Shown: in pieces, positions 48,688 through 59,122 of the stretch
Layout of the letters: the number at the start of each line of letters is the position of its first letter
Position numbering within the stretch: the stretch's first letter is position 1
Source: Acidobacteriota bacterium
GTDB taxonomy: Bacteria; Acidobacteriota; UBA6911; RPQK01; JAJDTT01
Length of the DNA: 64,000 nt
Direction of reading: 5' to 3'
Assembly: GCA_965263035.1 (NCBI GenBank)
Contig: OZ253580.1
Location: 6,048,001 to 6,112,000, forward strand
The notes under the pieces: model-generated
Databases searched by the model: none
Told to the model about the DNA's origin: nothing
Seen by the model: the letters and a program-made list of their open reading frames with translations, nothing else
Position numbers and translations under genes: made by a program

Positions 48688-50151
48688 ATGTCGAGCCTCT
48701 CACCCGACCCGTTGCCGCCGTTCCATCCCGGCTTCTCCCGGCGGGAGATGCTCCGGCGCACTTCCACCGGGTTCGGGATGCTGGCCCTGTCGGCCCTCCT
48801 GGCCGACCCGGCATACGCCGGTCGGGCTCCCTCTACTCCCAAAAATCCGCTGGCGCCCAAACCGAGCCATTACAAGCCCCGGGTCCGCAACGTCATCTTC
48901 TGCTATCTGTCGGGGGGCCTCTCCCATATCGATTCCTTCGATCCCAAGCCCCGCCTGGACAAGGAGGCGGGCGAGCCCATGCCGTTCAGGACCGAACGGA
49001 CCATGTTCAACCTGGACGGCAACATCTTCCCCAGTCCCTGGAAGTTCCGGCGTTACGGGAGCAGCGGAATCCCCGTCAGCGACCTGTTTCCCCACATCGG
49101 AAGCGTGGCCGACGAGTTGACGGTGATCCGTTCCATGACCGCCAAGTTCATGGCCCACGCCCAAGCCAACTACTATTTCCACTGCGGGACCCCCTTCTCG
49201 GGGTTCCCCAGCATGGGCGCCTGGATCAGCTACGGCCTGGGCAGCGAGAACCGGAACCTGCCCGGTTTCGTAGTGCTGGGGAGCGGCGGGATCCCCCTGG
49301 GGGGCATCAACATGTTCGGCAACGGATTCCTGTCGGCCGTCCACCAGGGATCCTTCATCTTTCCCGGACGCGAGGAGCCTCTCGGCAACATCCGGCCCCG
49401 GGAATCGGACCTCCGCCAGCGACAGACGATGTCTTTCGTCAACGACCTGGACCGGGAATTTCTGGCGGCTGCCGGCAGGCACTCCCAGGTGGAGGCCGCC
49501 ATCCGGAACTACGAGACCGCCTACCGGATGCAGAGTTCGGTGCCCGAGTTGGTGGATCTGAGGGGAGAAAGCCAGGCCACTCGAAAGTTGTACGGTGTCG
49601 ACTCGGCAGTTCCGGCCAAGGCGGCCTACGCACGCCAGTGCCTGGTGGCCCGGCGGCTCGTGGAACGGGGAGTGCGTTTCGTGGAGCTCACCATGGTCCG
49701 GGGCGACGGCAAGGGGGGCATGAGCAACCCGTGGGACCAGCACACCAAGCTGGTTCACGGGCACGGCTCCAACGCCCTGGCGGTGGACCAGCCGGTGGCG
49801 GCCCTGATCAAGGATCTCAAGGCCCGGGGTCTCCTGGACGAGACCCTGGTCATCTTCTCGGGCGAGTTCGGACGGACGCCTTTCATCCAAGGCGAGGACG
49901 GCCGGGACCACAATCCCTTCGGCTTCAGCCTCTGGCTGGCCGGCGGCGGCCTCAAGAAGGGATTCATCTACGGCGCCACCGACGAGTACGGTTACCGGGT
50001 GGTGGAGAACCGGCAGACCATCCACGATCTCCACGCCACCATCCTCCACCTCATGGGACTCGATCACCAGGCGCTCAGCTACCGTTTCGGCGGACGAGAC
50101 TTCCGTCTCACCGACGTCCACGGGCACGTGATCCAGGGTATTCTGGCCTGA
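48688..50151 (+). CDS. DUF1501 domain protein with Tat-like signal (copy 1)
   Basis: [59 protein letters not shown]. Confidence 0.92.
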   Translation: MSSLSPDPLPPFHPGFSRREMLRRTSTGFGMLALSALLADPAYAGRAPSTPKNPLAPKPSHYKPRVRNVIFCYLSGGLSHIDSFDPKPRLDKEAGEPMPFRTERTMFNLDGNIFPSPWKFRRYGSSGIPVSDLFPHIGSVADELTVIRSMTAKFMAHAQANYYFHCGTPFSGFPSMGAWISYGLGSENRNLPGFVVLGSGGIPLGGINMFGNGFLSAVHQGSFIFPGREEPLGNIRPRESDLRQRQTMSFVNDLDREFLAAAGRHSQVEAAIRNYETAYRMQSSVPELVDLRGESQATRKLYGVDSAVPAKAAYARQCLVARRLVERGVRFVELTMVRGDGKGGMSNPWDQHTKLVHGHGSNALAVDQPVAALIKDLKARGLLDETLVIFSGEFGRTPFIQGEDGRDHNPFGFSLWLAGGGLKKGFIYGATDEYGYRVVENRQTIHDLHATILHLMGLDHQALSYRFGGRDFRLTDVHGHVIQGILA

Positions 50152-50271
50152 TTCGAGAGTCGGCGAGCTTCCAACGAACCATTCGATTAGAGTTCCGAAC
50201 ACTGGTGACGTCCAGCGACCACCCGGTCTGAGTCGCATCGTGCGATAATTACTGAAACCTCGCCTCGCCAC

Positions 50272-51975
50272 ATGGTCGACGTCATGAGAAAGCGAACCAA
50301 GTCTCGGTTCATTCTCATCGGGATCGGCATATTGGCTCTGATTTTCTGCCTGTGGGTCATTTTCCTTGAACCTCGGGGCGATTCCTCAAATGCCGTCAGT
50401 CTCGCTCCCCAAACGATCAGCGACGACGGAGCACGGGATTCTGACCCGGTGCGCAATAGAAACGCTGAACGAGCGCACGTCAGGCTCCAAGGGTCAAGAT
50501 CGGCAGTCCCGGACGAATCCGTTCCAAATCAAGGCAGGCCTCCGCAATCTATTGGCTCGGAGAAGCGACGGGCAGTGCAATCGACCATTGCCGGCATCGT
50601 CGCGAACAGCCAGGATGGCGCTCCAATCCAAGGCGCACGCCTCAAGTTATCGCCGGTTGGCAGCGAGGACGTGCGGTCCGAAGCCGTCAGCGGTCACGAC
50701 GGCAGTTTTCGGATGACCATCCGCGACGCAGGGCGATACACGCTCCGTGCCCAGGCGGACAGCTTCCGCCCCCATTCCACCGACGGGATACTCATTACGC
50801 CTGCTGAGAGAAGCCTCCAAAAGAACATCCTGATGACACCGCGGTTGGAACTTCGGGGCAGAGTCGTAGACCGCCATTCTCGAGGTATCGCTGGAGCGCA
50901 GGTCCGGCTCCGAGAAGAGACCCCAGGGCGGTTCGGGCGGTTCAAATCTTGTTGCGGCGAGCAGAGTGACGAATCGGGCCGTTTTCTGATGCCCAGACCA
51001 CCTGTTTCCGGAACCTTCTTCGCTGAGGCCGCACATCCTGAATACGAACTTGATTCTCGCGTTCCTGTGACATTGCCCAAGGATGACGAGGTGGTCATCA
51101 CGATGCGCCGCGTGCCGGAACCGCTATTGGCATCGATATCTGGTCACGTCTGGGATGCGAAAGGACATCCTATACACGGGGCAAGTGTCGGATTAATTGA
51201 ACGTGAACAAGACAGTCGTGTTTCGAACTATCTTGGAGACACGTCGACGGACCCGATGGGCCGCTTTTTCTTTCCCCGAGTCCGTTGGGGTACGTATTCG
51301 ATTAGTGCGGACGCAGAAGGCTACGCCGTACCAAGTCCTGGCCAAGGAAGGAAGGACTTAATAGTTGAATCCAGTCAGGAATATGAAATCGATCTGGTTC
51401 TGGAACGTCAGACGGCAGTCCAAGGTGTCGTTGTCGACACGGAGGGTCGGCCCGTTACCAAAGCTGGCGTAAATGCCGTTTTCGAACTGGGAACAGGAAG
51501 AACATTTATCGGTGTTTTTACTCCCTCTGACGGCACTTTCAATATTCCAGAAGTTCCCCCTGGAAGACTCTGGATGCAAGTGACTCATCGTGATTACGTT
51601 ACTTATGAAGCCGTTTTAGTGACGCCGACAGACGAATTCCTCACGGTCACCCTGCAGCCGGGATTTTCGTTGACCGGTTATGTCATGGACCAAAATAATG
51701 AACCGATAAGAGAATTCTCCCTTCGACTGTCCCCAGCCAGCCGCCAACACGACGTACCCGCCTCCCCCTTCGATTCCAAGACCGCGGACGTCTCCCCATC
51801 GGACGGTCATTTCCGCGTCAACGGTCTGGCACCCCAGACATACATTCTCTCTCTGCGCCCGCCGAACGCAGAAAGCTTGGAAACTCGTCTCGAACTCTCA
51901 GAATCGACAAGCGTCACCATCGTGCACGACCCGTCAGACTCGGACGCACCCATCCAGGTCCGCAAGTCCTGGTAG
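50272..51975 (+). CDS. Carboxypeptidase-regulatory-like domain repeat protein (module copy 2)
   Basis: Clear paralog of 36706-38373. Confidence 0.75.
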   Translation: MVDVMRKRTKSRFILIGIGILALIFCLWVIFLEPRGDSSNAVSLAPQTISDDGARDSDPVRNRNAERAHVRLQGSRSAVPDESVPNQGRPPQSIGSEKRRAVQSTIAGIVANSQDGAPIQGARLKLSPVGSEDVRSEAVSGHDGSFRMTIRDAGRYTLRAQADSFRPHSTDGILITPAERSLQKNILMTPRLELRGRVVDRHSRGIAGAQVRLREETPGRFGRFKSCCGEQSDESGRFLMPRPPVSGTFFAEAAHPEYELDSRVPVTLPKDDEVVITMRRVPEPLLASISGHVWDAKGHPIHGASVGLIEREQDSRVSNYLGDTSTDPMGRFFFPRVRWGTYSISADAEGYAVPSPGQGRKDLIVESSQEYEIDLVLERQTAVQGVVVDTEGRPVTKAGVNAVFELGTGRTFIGVFTPSDGTFNIPEVPPGRLWMQVTHRDYVTYEAVLVTPTDEFLTVTLQPGFSLTGYVMDQNNEPIREFSLRLSPASRQHDVPASPFDSKTADVSPSDGHFRVNGLAPQTYILSLRPPNAESLETRLELSESTSVTIVHDPSDSDAPIQVRKSW

Positions 51976-52115
51976 GCCTGCGCGACGGCAACCGGCGTCA
52001 ATGCGATTCGTCGCGAGACACCGGCAGCACTTGGATTCCTTGCCTCTCGCCATCCACCATCGCTACACTTCCGATCAGCGGTGGAGAGCCCGCGGGTTCG
52101 AAACCGGCTTCAGTC

Positions 52116-55100
52116 ATGAAGAGTCTTTCAGCGAGCTTGGGCGCGAGTTCCGCGCTTTTCGTATGCCTGACCGTTGCTCTGGCCTCGCCTACGGATCCCG
52201 CCTCCCTGGAATTCTTCGAAAAAGAGATCCGCCCCCTGCTGGCCGATCGCTGCTATGAATGCCACAGCGCCCAGACGGCGACGCCATTTGCCGGATTGCG
52301 CCTGGACCGGCGCGAAGACCTGATCAAGGGGGGCGTCTCGGGACCGGCGGTCGTTCCGGGCAAGCCGGAGGAGAGCCCCTTGATCCTCCGCATCCAGGGC
52401 CGGCCCGCGTTGATGCCACCCACCGGTGCCCTGTCGGATGCCCAGATCCGGTCGCTCATCGAATGGGTGAAGATGGGAGCCCCTTGGACCGATCTTGCGG
52501 AGGCCTCTCAGGCGTCAGCCGGCGGTTTCGACCTGGAAGCTCGCAAGCGCAGCCACTGGGCCTGGCAACCGATCCGGTCCGTCCCGCCACCTGCGGTAGC
52601 CGACACCAATTGGCCGCTTCATCCTATGGACCGGTTCATTCTGGCCAAACTGGAGCAGGAGGGGTTGGAACCGGCGCCGGCGGCGGACCGGTACACGCTG
52701 ATCCGGCGCCTTTCCTACGATCTGCGGGGACTGCCACCCCTCCCCGGAGAGGTCCAGGCCTTCGTCGCCGATTCCTCTCCACGGGCCTACGAAAACCTGG
52801 TGGACGACTTCCTGGACTCGCCTCATTTCGGCGAGCAATGGGCCCGCCACTGGATGGACCTGATCCGCTACAGCGAGTCCCACGGCAGTCAGGGCGACCC
52901 CAAGGCGCCTTACGCCTGGCGTTACCGCGACTACCTGATTCGGGCTCTGAATGCCGACATCCCCTACGACCAGCTGATCCGGGAACATCTGGCGGGCGAC
53001 CTGCTTCCTTCCTCCAGGATGAATCCGGCCCTGGGGATCAACGAGTCCCTCCTGGCCACGGCTCACTTCCGCATGGTGGAGCATGGGTTCCAGCCGGTGG
53101 ACCCCCTGGGAGACCGAATCAAGTGGACCGACAACCAGGTCGATGTCGTTTCCAAGGCATTTCAGGGGCTCACCATCTCGTGCGCGCGCTGCCACGACCA
53201 CAAGTTCGACGCCATCAGCCAAGAGGACTACTACGCCCTGTACGGAGTGCTCTACGGAGCCCGGCCGACCCAGCGGGCCATCGACGACCCGGAGCGCCTC
53301 GATTGGGGCCGGAGTCAACTCTCGGAGGTGAAGGAGGAGTTTCGCCGGCGGCTGGCTGAAATCTGGATCCAGGAAGCGTCGGCGCTAGCCTCCATGCTAT
53401 TGGAAGCACCGCATGAAACCTTCAGCAACCCACCCGACTCTCCCTGCCAGCCTGAAGAGTCAGCGGACACTGCCACTGATCCGGCGGCTCCGGAAGCCGA
53501 GGCCGCTCCCATCGAAACGGGCGAGACCAAGGTTGCCGGGACCAAGAGCCCGGCCGCCGAACAGGCGCTGACTCGAGCGCTGGAGGAGGCGCTGTGCGAA
53601 CCCGGCAGTCCCCTGGCGGCGTGGATTCGCCTGGCAGGCAAGGAGGGTGCCGAGTTCCGTCAGGAATGGGGCACCTTGAAGGAGGAATGGGACAACAGGA
53701 TCCGCACCGACAGGGCCTTCAACCGGGATCACTTTCAGATCCGCTGGGATCTGTCCGGCCCCGATTACGCGGAGTGGATCGGACACGGCACCGGACTTCC
53801 TCCCGAACCGTCTCCGCCCGGCGAGTTCTCTGTGGCTGCCGAAGGGAAACGGATCCTCAGCGGAATTTATCCCGGGGGTGTCTACACCCATCTCCTGTCC
53901 GGCAAGCACAACGGCGTAATCCAGTCGCCCCGCTTTACCATCGACAGCAATTTCATCAGCCTCAGCGTCCTCGGATCCGACTTCAGCTTCGCCCAGTTGA
54001 TCGTGGAGAACTACGCCGTCCCCCGAGGCGGCATCTACCACATGCGGCACAACCTCAAAACGGACCGGATGGAGTGGGTTCAATGGGACGTGGCCTATTG
54101 GAAAGGATTCTCCGCCTATATCGAGTTGGCCACCCGGGACGACGTCACACTCACCAGATACGACTCCACCGAGACCAGAACCAAGGCGGAGAAGCGCACC
54201 GACGGCCGTTCCGCCATCGGCGCCAGCCGGATCCTGTTTCACGAGACCAAGGAGACGCCGCGAGAGACGCGCCCGCCGCTTCTCTATCTGCTCCGGGGCC
54301 TGCCACCCCGCTCGCCCGCCGATCTGGCCGAGCGATTGGGCCGCCGCCTGGTGGAAGCCATCGAAGCCTGGCGGGATGGCGGCGCATCCGAGCTCCAGGC
54401 CGCATATCTGGACGCGTTCGTCCGCGCCGACCTGCTGCCCCGGTCCCTGGACCGGCTCCCCTCCCTGGATTCCCTCCTGAGCCAATATCGGGAAGTCGAT
54501 TCCCAAGTGCCGGTTCCCCGGCGCGCACCTTCCATCCTGGACGAAGCGGCGCCGGATCATCCCTTCCTGGTCCGCGGGGACCAGGATGCGCACGGCGAAC
54601 CGGTCCCCAGGCGCTATCTTTCGGCCCTTGGGAGCCTTCCCTACCCCGATCCGGGACGGGTCCGCCTGGACTTGGCCCGGGACCTCACTTCGGCCGACAA
54701 CCCCCTCACCTCCCGGGTGATGGTCAACCGCATCTGGCGCTACCTGTTCGGATACGGTTTGGTGCGCACCACGGACAACTTCGGAAAGCTGGGCGACCCG
54801 CCCACGCATCCGGAGCTTCTGGATCATCTGGCCGACCGGTTCGTGGAGGAGGGCTACTCCATCAAGAGCATGGTGCGCCGGCTGGCCACATCTCAGACCT
54901 ACCGCATGAACAGCCAGGGATCCGCGATGGCGCTCCGATTGGACCCCGCCAACCGGCTCCACCAACATGCCAACCTGAGACGGCTGGAGGCCGAGGAGAT
55001 CCGCGACGCCATGCTGCGAGTCTCCGGAAACCTGGACCCCGCGCTGTACGGAGCCTCCATTCCCGTCCAACACCAGATCGAGAAGGACAAGAGTACGGGA

Positions 55101-55541
55101 CTCGGGCCGTCTGGCTCCCTGGACGGGGCCGGAAGACGCAGCATCTACCAGGCGATTCGGCGAAACTTCTACAACTCCTTCCTGGAGACCTTCGGGCAAC
55201 CCAAACCCGCCAGCACCCGGGGGCAACGGGATCAGACCAACGACCCGGCCCAATCCCTGACCCTGCTCAACAGCCCCTTCGTCTGGAACCAGGCCGAGTC
55301 CTGGGGCAAGCATCTCGCGGCCGGTGAAGGCAACACCGTCCCGTCCCGCGTCCGCCACATGTTCTTCAAGGCTCTGGGCCGGGCACCCACCGCCCAGGAG
55401 GCCTCCCGCGCCGAGGCGTATCTCAACACGGTCATCGACCAGCGAAAGATCCGGGAGCACCTGGTCCTCACGGACCGCGCGGTCTGGACCGATCTTGCCC
55501 ACGTTATCTTCAACCTGAAGAGCTTCATCTATCTCCAGTAG
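52116..55541 (+). CDS. Planctomycete cytochrome c plus DUF1549/DUF1553 (PSD1) domain protein (copy 2)
   Basis: Paralog of 38522-41926 with the same motifs. Confidence 0.9.
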   Translation: MKSLSASLGASSALFVCLTVALASPTDPASLEFFEKEIRPLLADRCYECHSAQTATPFAGLRLDRREDLIKGGVSGPAVVPGKPEESPLILRIQGRPALMPPTGALSDAQIRSLIEWVKMGAPWTDLAEASQASAGGFDLEARKRSHWAWQPIRSVPPPAVADTNWPLHPMDRFILAKLEQEGLEPAPAADRYTLIRRLSYDLRGLPPLPGEVQAFVADSSPRAYENLVDDFLDSPHFGEQWARHWMDLIRYSESHGSQGDPKAPYAWRYRDYLIRALNADIPYDQLIREHLAGDLLPSSRMNPALGINESLLATAHFRMVEHGFQPVDPLGDRIKWTDNQVDVVSKAFQGLTISCARCHDHKFDAISQEDYYALYGVLYGARPTQRAIDDPERLDWGRSQLSEVKEEFRRRLAEIWIQEASALASMLLEAPHETFSNPPDSPCQPEESADTATDPAAPEAEAAPIETGETKVAGTKSPAAEQALTRALEEALCEPGSPLAAWIRLAGKEGAEFRQEWGTLKEEWDNRIRTDRAFNRDHFQIRWDLSGPDYAEWIGHGTGLPPEPSPPGEFSVAAEGKRILSGIYPGGVYTHLLSGKHNGVIQSPRFTIDSNFISLSVLGSDFSFAQLIVENYAVPRGGIYHMRHNLKTDRMEWVQWDVAYWKGFSAYIELATRDDVTLTRYDSTETRTKAEKRTDGRSAIGASRILFHETKETPRETRPPLLYLLRGLPPRSPADLAERLGRRLVEAIEAWRDGGASELQAAYLDAFVRADLLPRSLDRLPSLDSLLSQYREVDSQVPVPRRAPSILDEAAPDHPFLVRGDQDAHGEPVPRRYLSALGSLPYPDPGRVRLDLARDLTSADNPLTSRVMVNRIWRYLFGYGLVRTTDNFGKLGDPPTHPELLDHLADRFVEEGYSIKSMVRRLATSQTYRMNSQGSAMALRLDPANRLHQHANLRRLEAEEIRDAMLRVSGNLDPALYGASIPVQHQIEKDKSTGLGPSGSLDGAGRRSIYQAIRRNFYNSFLETFGQPKPASTRGQRDQTNDPAQSLTLLNSPFVWNQAESWGKHLAAGEGNTVPSRVRHMFFKALGRAPTAQEASRAEAYLNTVIDQRKIREHLVLTDRAVWTDLAHVIFNLKSFIYLQ

Positions 55542-55575
55542 GGGCAACCTGGAATCGAGTCCGGCCATCCCGCTA

Positions 55576-56436
55576 ATGAAGAAGCGCAGAAATCATATAG
55601 TCCCTCGGTTTTATCTGGAGAGGTGGGCTCCAAAGGGATACGTTGGTCTATGGGTGAAAGAGGAGAAGAAAATCAAGCTGATTCCTCCGAAAAAAGTACT
55701 TCGAGAAAAAGGGAAACATGAAACTGTTGATGATCTTCTACAGGTAGTTGAAAGCCATATTGCACCTATAATTTCTAAAATAGTTGAAAACGAAGAGATT
55801 CCGAGAAATTATCAAGAGAGGGAAAATATTTTAGTTTGGATATTAATCCAAATTCAACGAACCCATCTTTGGGAAAAAAAGACACAATCCCTGTATAGAG
55901 GGATCTTGGATATGATCCGCAGTGATTCCGTTATTCGTCGTTATATAAGAGAGGATGGGATTGGGATTGATGAGGTCATGTCTTTCTACAAGAGGAAGTT
56001 TCCGCGCGACATATTTAACTTTAATCGAATGAGGACTGAGCTCTACATAAAATATATGAAGGATTGTCGCATGGTTCTTGGCAGGTCAAAGATTTCGATG
56101 GTTACTAGCGATGATCCAGTACTTGATATGCCAGACAAAAGGAAGAATCTGTTGGAAACATGGTATCCAGTCTCGCCTCACTTGGCGATAATTTTAGAGA
56201 AAGGATCGATAGATTCAGTTCATGATTTCCCGTCTGTGATCGATGTGTCGGACAGGGTGGTCAAGGATCGGTCTATCGGGCATTATCTGAATTGCAATCG
56301 TTTTTTGGTGATCGACCCGAACTCGATACCAGAATATTTCTCTAAGGACGGAGACTTTCGGTTTCGAATGCCAAAAAATCGTGTTATGAGAACAGCGATT
56401 GCTGACTGGGTTCGTAGGAGCTATGCACAATATTAA
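55576..56436 (+). CDS. DUF4238-like protein (low GC)
   Basis: NHIVPRFYLERW N-terminus, QIQRT, TSDDPV, PVSPHLAI. Confidence 0.7.
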   Translation: MKKRRNHIVPRFYLERWAPKGYVGLWVKEEKKIKLIPPKKVLREKGKHETVDDLLQVVESHIAPIISKIVENEEIPRNYQERENILVWILIQIQRTHLWEKKTQSLYRGILDMIRSDSVIRRYIREDGIGIDEVMSFYKRKFPRDIFNFNRMRTELYIKYMKDCRMVLGRSKISMVTSDDPVLDMPDKRKNLLETWYPVSPHLAIILEKGSIDSVHDFPSVIDVSDRVVKDRSIGHYLNCNRFLVIDPNSIPEYFSKDGDFRFRMPKNRVMRTAIADWVRRSYAQY

Positions 56437-56855
56437 TTCTGAGAGAGTAGGAAGCAAAATGATGAATGTTTGCGTCGAAAGGTTCGTCGATACAGCCGTA
56501 CGGATGATACCGATCATCCACGAAATCGAAGGTGATGATGCGTAGCCGCCACTACCAGATTGGTTTCAAACTAATACTGATACAAAGTTAGGGTCCGTTT
56601 CTGGATGGGTACTTACGTCTCACTCCTCGGAAAACAATAGGAAATTGGAGTAGCAATCAATGGTCTCTACTTTATATGCGTCCAAGAGACCTTTTTCCTT
56701 CCGAACGCGGTGAGTAAAAACGAAGTCCCTTGGCCTCAGATGCCAATTGCCTCCGGTTGGAGACGCCCGCGGAGCCGGCGTCCCAATGCAGCCCTGGCTG
56801 ACGCAAATATACTGGATATCGACGAGTGGACAATTCCTCTGTAGACTGGATCTCG

Positions 56856-58319
56856 ATGCCGCCTGTGCCGCACTACACCTCGCCGCCATTCCCACCCGGT
56901 TTCTCCCGGCGCGAAATGCTGCGGCGGACATCCACCGGATTCGGGATGCTGGCGCTCTCGGCCCTCATGGCCGACCCCGCATACGCGGGCCTGGCACCCT
57001 CCCCTCCCGAGAATCCCTTGTCCCCCCGGCGGGGACATCACCAGCCTCGGGTCAAGAACGTCATCTTCTGCTATCTGTCGGGAGGCCTGTCCCAGATCGA
57101 TTCCTTCGATCCCAAGCCCCGGCTGGACAAGGAAGCGGGCGAACCCATGCCGTTCAAAACCGAACGAACCATGTTCAACCTGGACGGCAACATCTTCCCC
57201 AGTCCGTGGAAGTTCAAACGCTACGGAAGCAGTGGAATCCCCGTCAGCGATCTCTTTCCCCACATCGGCAGCGTCGCCGACGAGTTGACGGTGATCCGCT
57301 CCATGACCGCCAAGTTCATGTCCCACGCCCAGGCCAACTTCTATTTTCACTGTGGGACGCCCTTCGCCGGGTTTCCCAGCATGGGCGCCTGGATCAGCTA
57401 CGGGCTGGGCAGCGAGAACCGGAACCTGCCCGGATTCGTGGTGTTGGGCAGCGGCGGGATCCCGCTGGGGGGCGTCACCATATTCGGCAACGGATTCCTG
57501 TCGGCCGTCCATCAAGGCTCGTTCATCTATCCCGAACGTAAGGAGCCTCTCGGCAACATCCGTCCCCGGGAATCGGACCTCCGCCAGCGACAGAGGATTT
57601 CTGTGATCGACGACCTGGACCGGGGATTTCTGGCTGCTGCCGGCGGCCACTCGCAGGTGGAAGCCGCCATCCGGAACTACGAGACCGCCTACCGCATGCA
57701 GAGCTCGGTGCCCGAGCTGGTGGACCTGAGTGGAGAAACCCCGGCCACCCGCAAGCTGTACGGTGTCGACTCCGCGGTTCCGGCCAAGGCGGCCTATGCG
57801 CGCCAGTGCCTGGTGGCGCGAAGGCTGGTGGAACGCGGCGTGCGTTTCGTCGAGCTCACCACGGTCCGAGGCGGCGGCGAGGCCATAGATGCCAATCCCT
57901 GGGACCAGCATACGAAGCTGGTCGAAGGGCACAGCGCCAACGCCTTGGTAGTGGACCAGCCCGTGGCGGCGCTGATCAAGGACCTCAAGGCCCGGGGCCT
58001 CCTGGACGAGACCCTGGTCATCTTCTCGGGCGAGTTCGGACGAACGCCATTCGTCCAGGGCAAGGACGGCCGGGACCACAACCCCTTCGGCTTCAGCCTG
58101 TGGCTGGCCGGCGGCGGACTCAAGAAGGGATTCATCTACGGCGCCACCGACGAGTACGGTTACCGCGTGGTGGAGAACCGCCAGACCATCCATGATCTCC
58201 ACGCCACCATCCTCCACCTCCTGGGGCTCGACCACCAAGAGCTCAGCTACCGCTTCGGCGGACGCGATTTCCGGCTCACCGACGTTCACGGAAGCGTGAT
58301 CCAGGGGATTCTGTCCTGA
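56856..58319 (+). CDS. DUF1501 domain protein with Tat-like signal (copy 2)
   Basis: Paralog of 48688-50151. Confidence 0.92.
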   Translation: MPPVPHYTSPPFPPGFSRREMLRRTSTGFGMLALSALMADPAYAGLAPSPPENPLSPRRGHHQPRVKNVIFCYLSGGLSQIDSFDPKPRLDKEAGEPMPFKTERTMFNLDGNIFPSPWKFKRYGSSGIPVSDLFPHIGSVADELTVIRSMTAKFMSHAQANFYFHCGTPFAGFPSMGAWISYGLGSENRNLPGFVVLGSGGIPLGGVTIFGNGFLSAVHQGSFIYPERKEPLGNIRPRESDLRQRQRISVIDDLDRGFLAAAGGHSQVEAAIRNYETAYRMQSSVPELVDLSGETPATRKLYGVDSAVPAKAAYARQCLVARRLVERGVRFVELTTVRGGGEAIDANPWDQHTKLVEGHSANALVVDQPVAALIKDLKARGLLDETLVIFSGEFGRTPFVQGKDGRDHNPFGFSLWLAGGGLKKGFIYGATDEYGYRVVENRQTIHDLHATILHLLGLDHQELSYRFGGRDFRLTDVHGSVIQGILS

Positions 58320-58330
58320 CTCGAGAAGGG

Positions 58331-58403
58331 GTAGGAGGGGGGACATTCTTGTCCCCCTCTTCAAAACGCATCCGGAATCGGGAACCGAGAGGCACCGCTC
58401 CCA
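58331..58403. repeat. REP-like hairpin
   Basis: GAGGGGGGACATTCTTGTCCCCCTC and a CCGCTCCC tail. Confidence 0.6.
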
Positions 58404-58453
58404 CTCGATGGGACATACTCCACTTCTGGCATCGCAAATAGGCGGAGGCCGAA

Positions 58454-58948
58454 ATGACGTCTTCCGATACCGCTCAAAGCTTCCTGTCCCAGGCCCGCCA
58501 CCATCTGAACGACGATTACCTGCCCAAGATCCGCCGCTGTCTCGAAGTGCTGTCCCGTGAGGATATCTGGTGGCGGGCCCACGAGAACACCAACAGCATC
58601 GGCAATCTGGTCCTGCACCTGTGTGGAAACGTGAGGCAGTGGATCGTCTCGGGCCTGGGCGGCGAGGAGGACCAGCGACGGCGGCCAGCCGAATTCTCCC
58701 GGCGCCTCCCCCTTCCCAAGGACCAATTGCTGGAAATGCTGGAGGCGACCGTCCAAGAGGCGACCCAGGTGCTGGATTCCTTGACCGAACAGGATCTGGC
58801 AACGACCCGAAGGATTCAGGTTTACGACATTTCCGGGCTCCAGGCTGTCCTCCACGTCGTCGAGCACTTCGCCTATCACACGGGACAGATCATCTACATC
58901 ACTCGTCTGCGCAAGAACGTGGACTTGAGATTCTACGACCTTCCGTAG
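58454..58948 (+). CDS. DinB-family (DUF1572-like) protein
   Basis: NSIGNLVLHLCGN, R..EF, HFAYHTGQI. Confidence 0.85.
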   Translation: MTSSDTAQSFLSQARHHLNDDYLPKIRRCLEVLSREDIWWRAHENTNSIGNLVLHLCGNVRQWIVSGLGGEEDQRRRPAEFSRRLPLPKDQLLEMLEATVQEATQVLDSLTEQDLATTRRIQVYDISGLQAVLHVVEHFAYHTGQIIYITRLRKNVDLRFYDLP

Positions 58949-58992
58949 CCGTCACTTACGGCGTCCCGGCCGGACTCAGGCATACGGTTACA

Positions 58993-59057
58993 GAAGGGGA
59001 CATCCTTGTCCCCCGTTCTCCATTGGGAGTTCAGCGGTTGGAAACCGACGCTCCTGT
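58993..59057. repeat. REP-like hairpin pair
   Basis: GGGGACATCCTTGTCCCC and CGGTTGGAAACCGACGCTCC. Confidence 0.6.
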
Positions 59058-59122
59058 CCCCTTTGATCTGCGGCGTGTCCTGAATATTCTCAGAGGCCTG
59101 GGCAGAAAAAGGGGAGAGGACA

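Noticed and set aside
55542-56855. Integron cassettes as the origin of the low-GC single genes
   Set aside because: No paired RYYYAAC/GTTRRRY attC structure or integrase was seen here or at 13.2-14.3, 25.1-26.5 or 48.1-48.6 kb.
53460-58802. Long antisense ORFs (702 aa, 688 aa and many others across the window)
   Set aside because: Shadow ORFs opposite well-supported genes, caused by GC-rich codon bias; no recognisable motifs.
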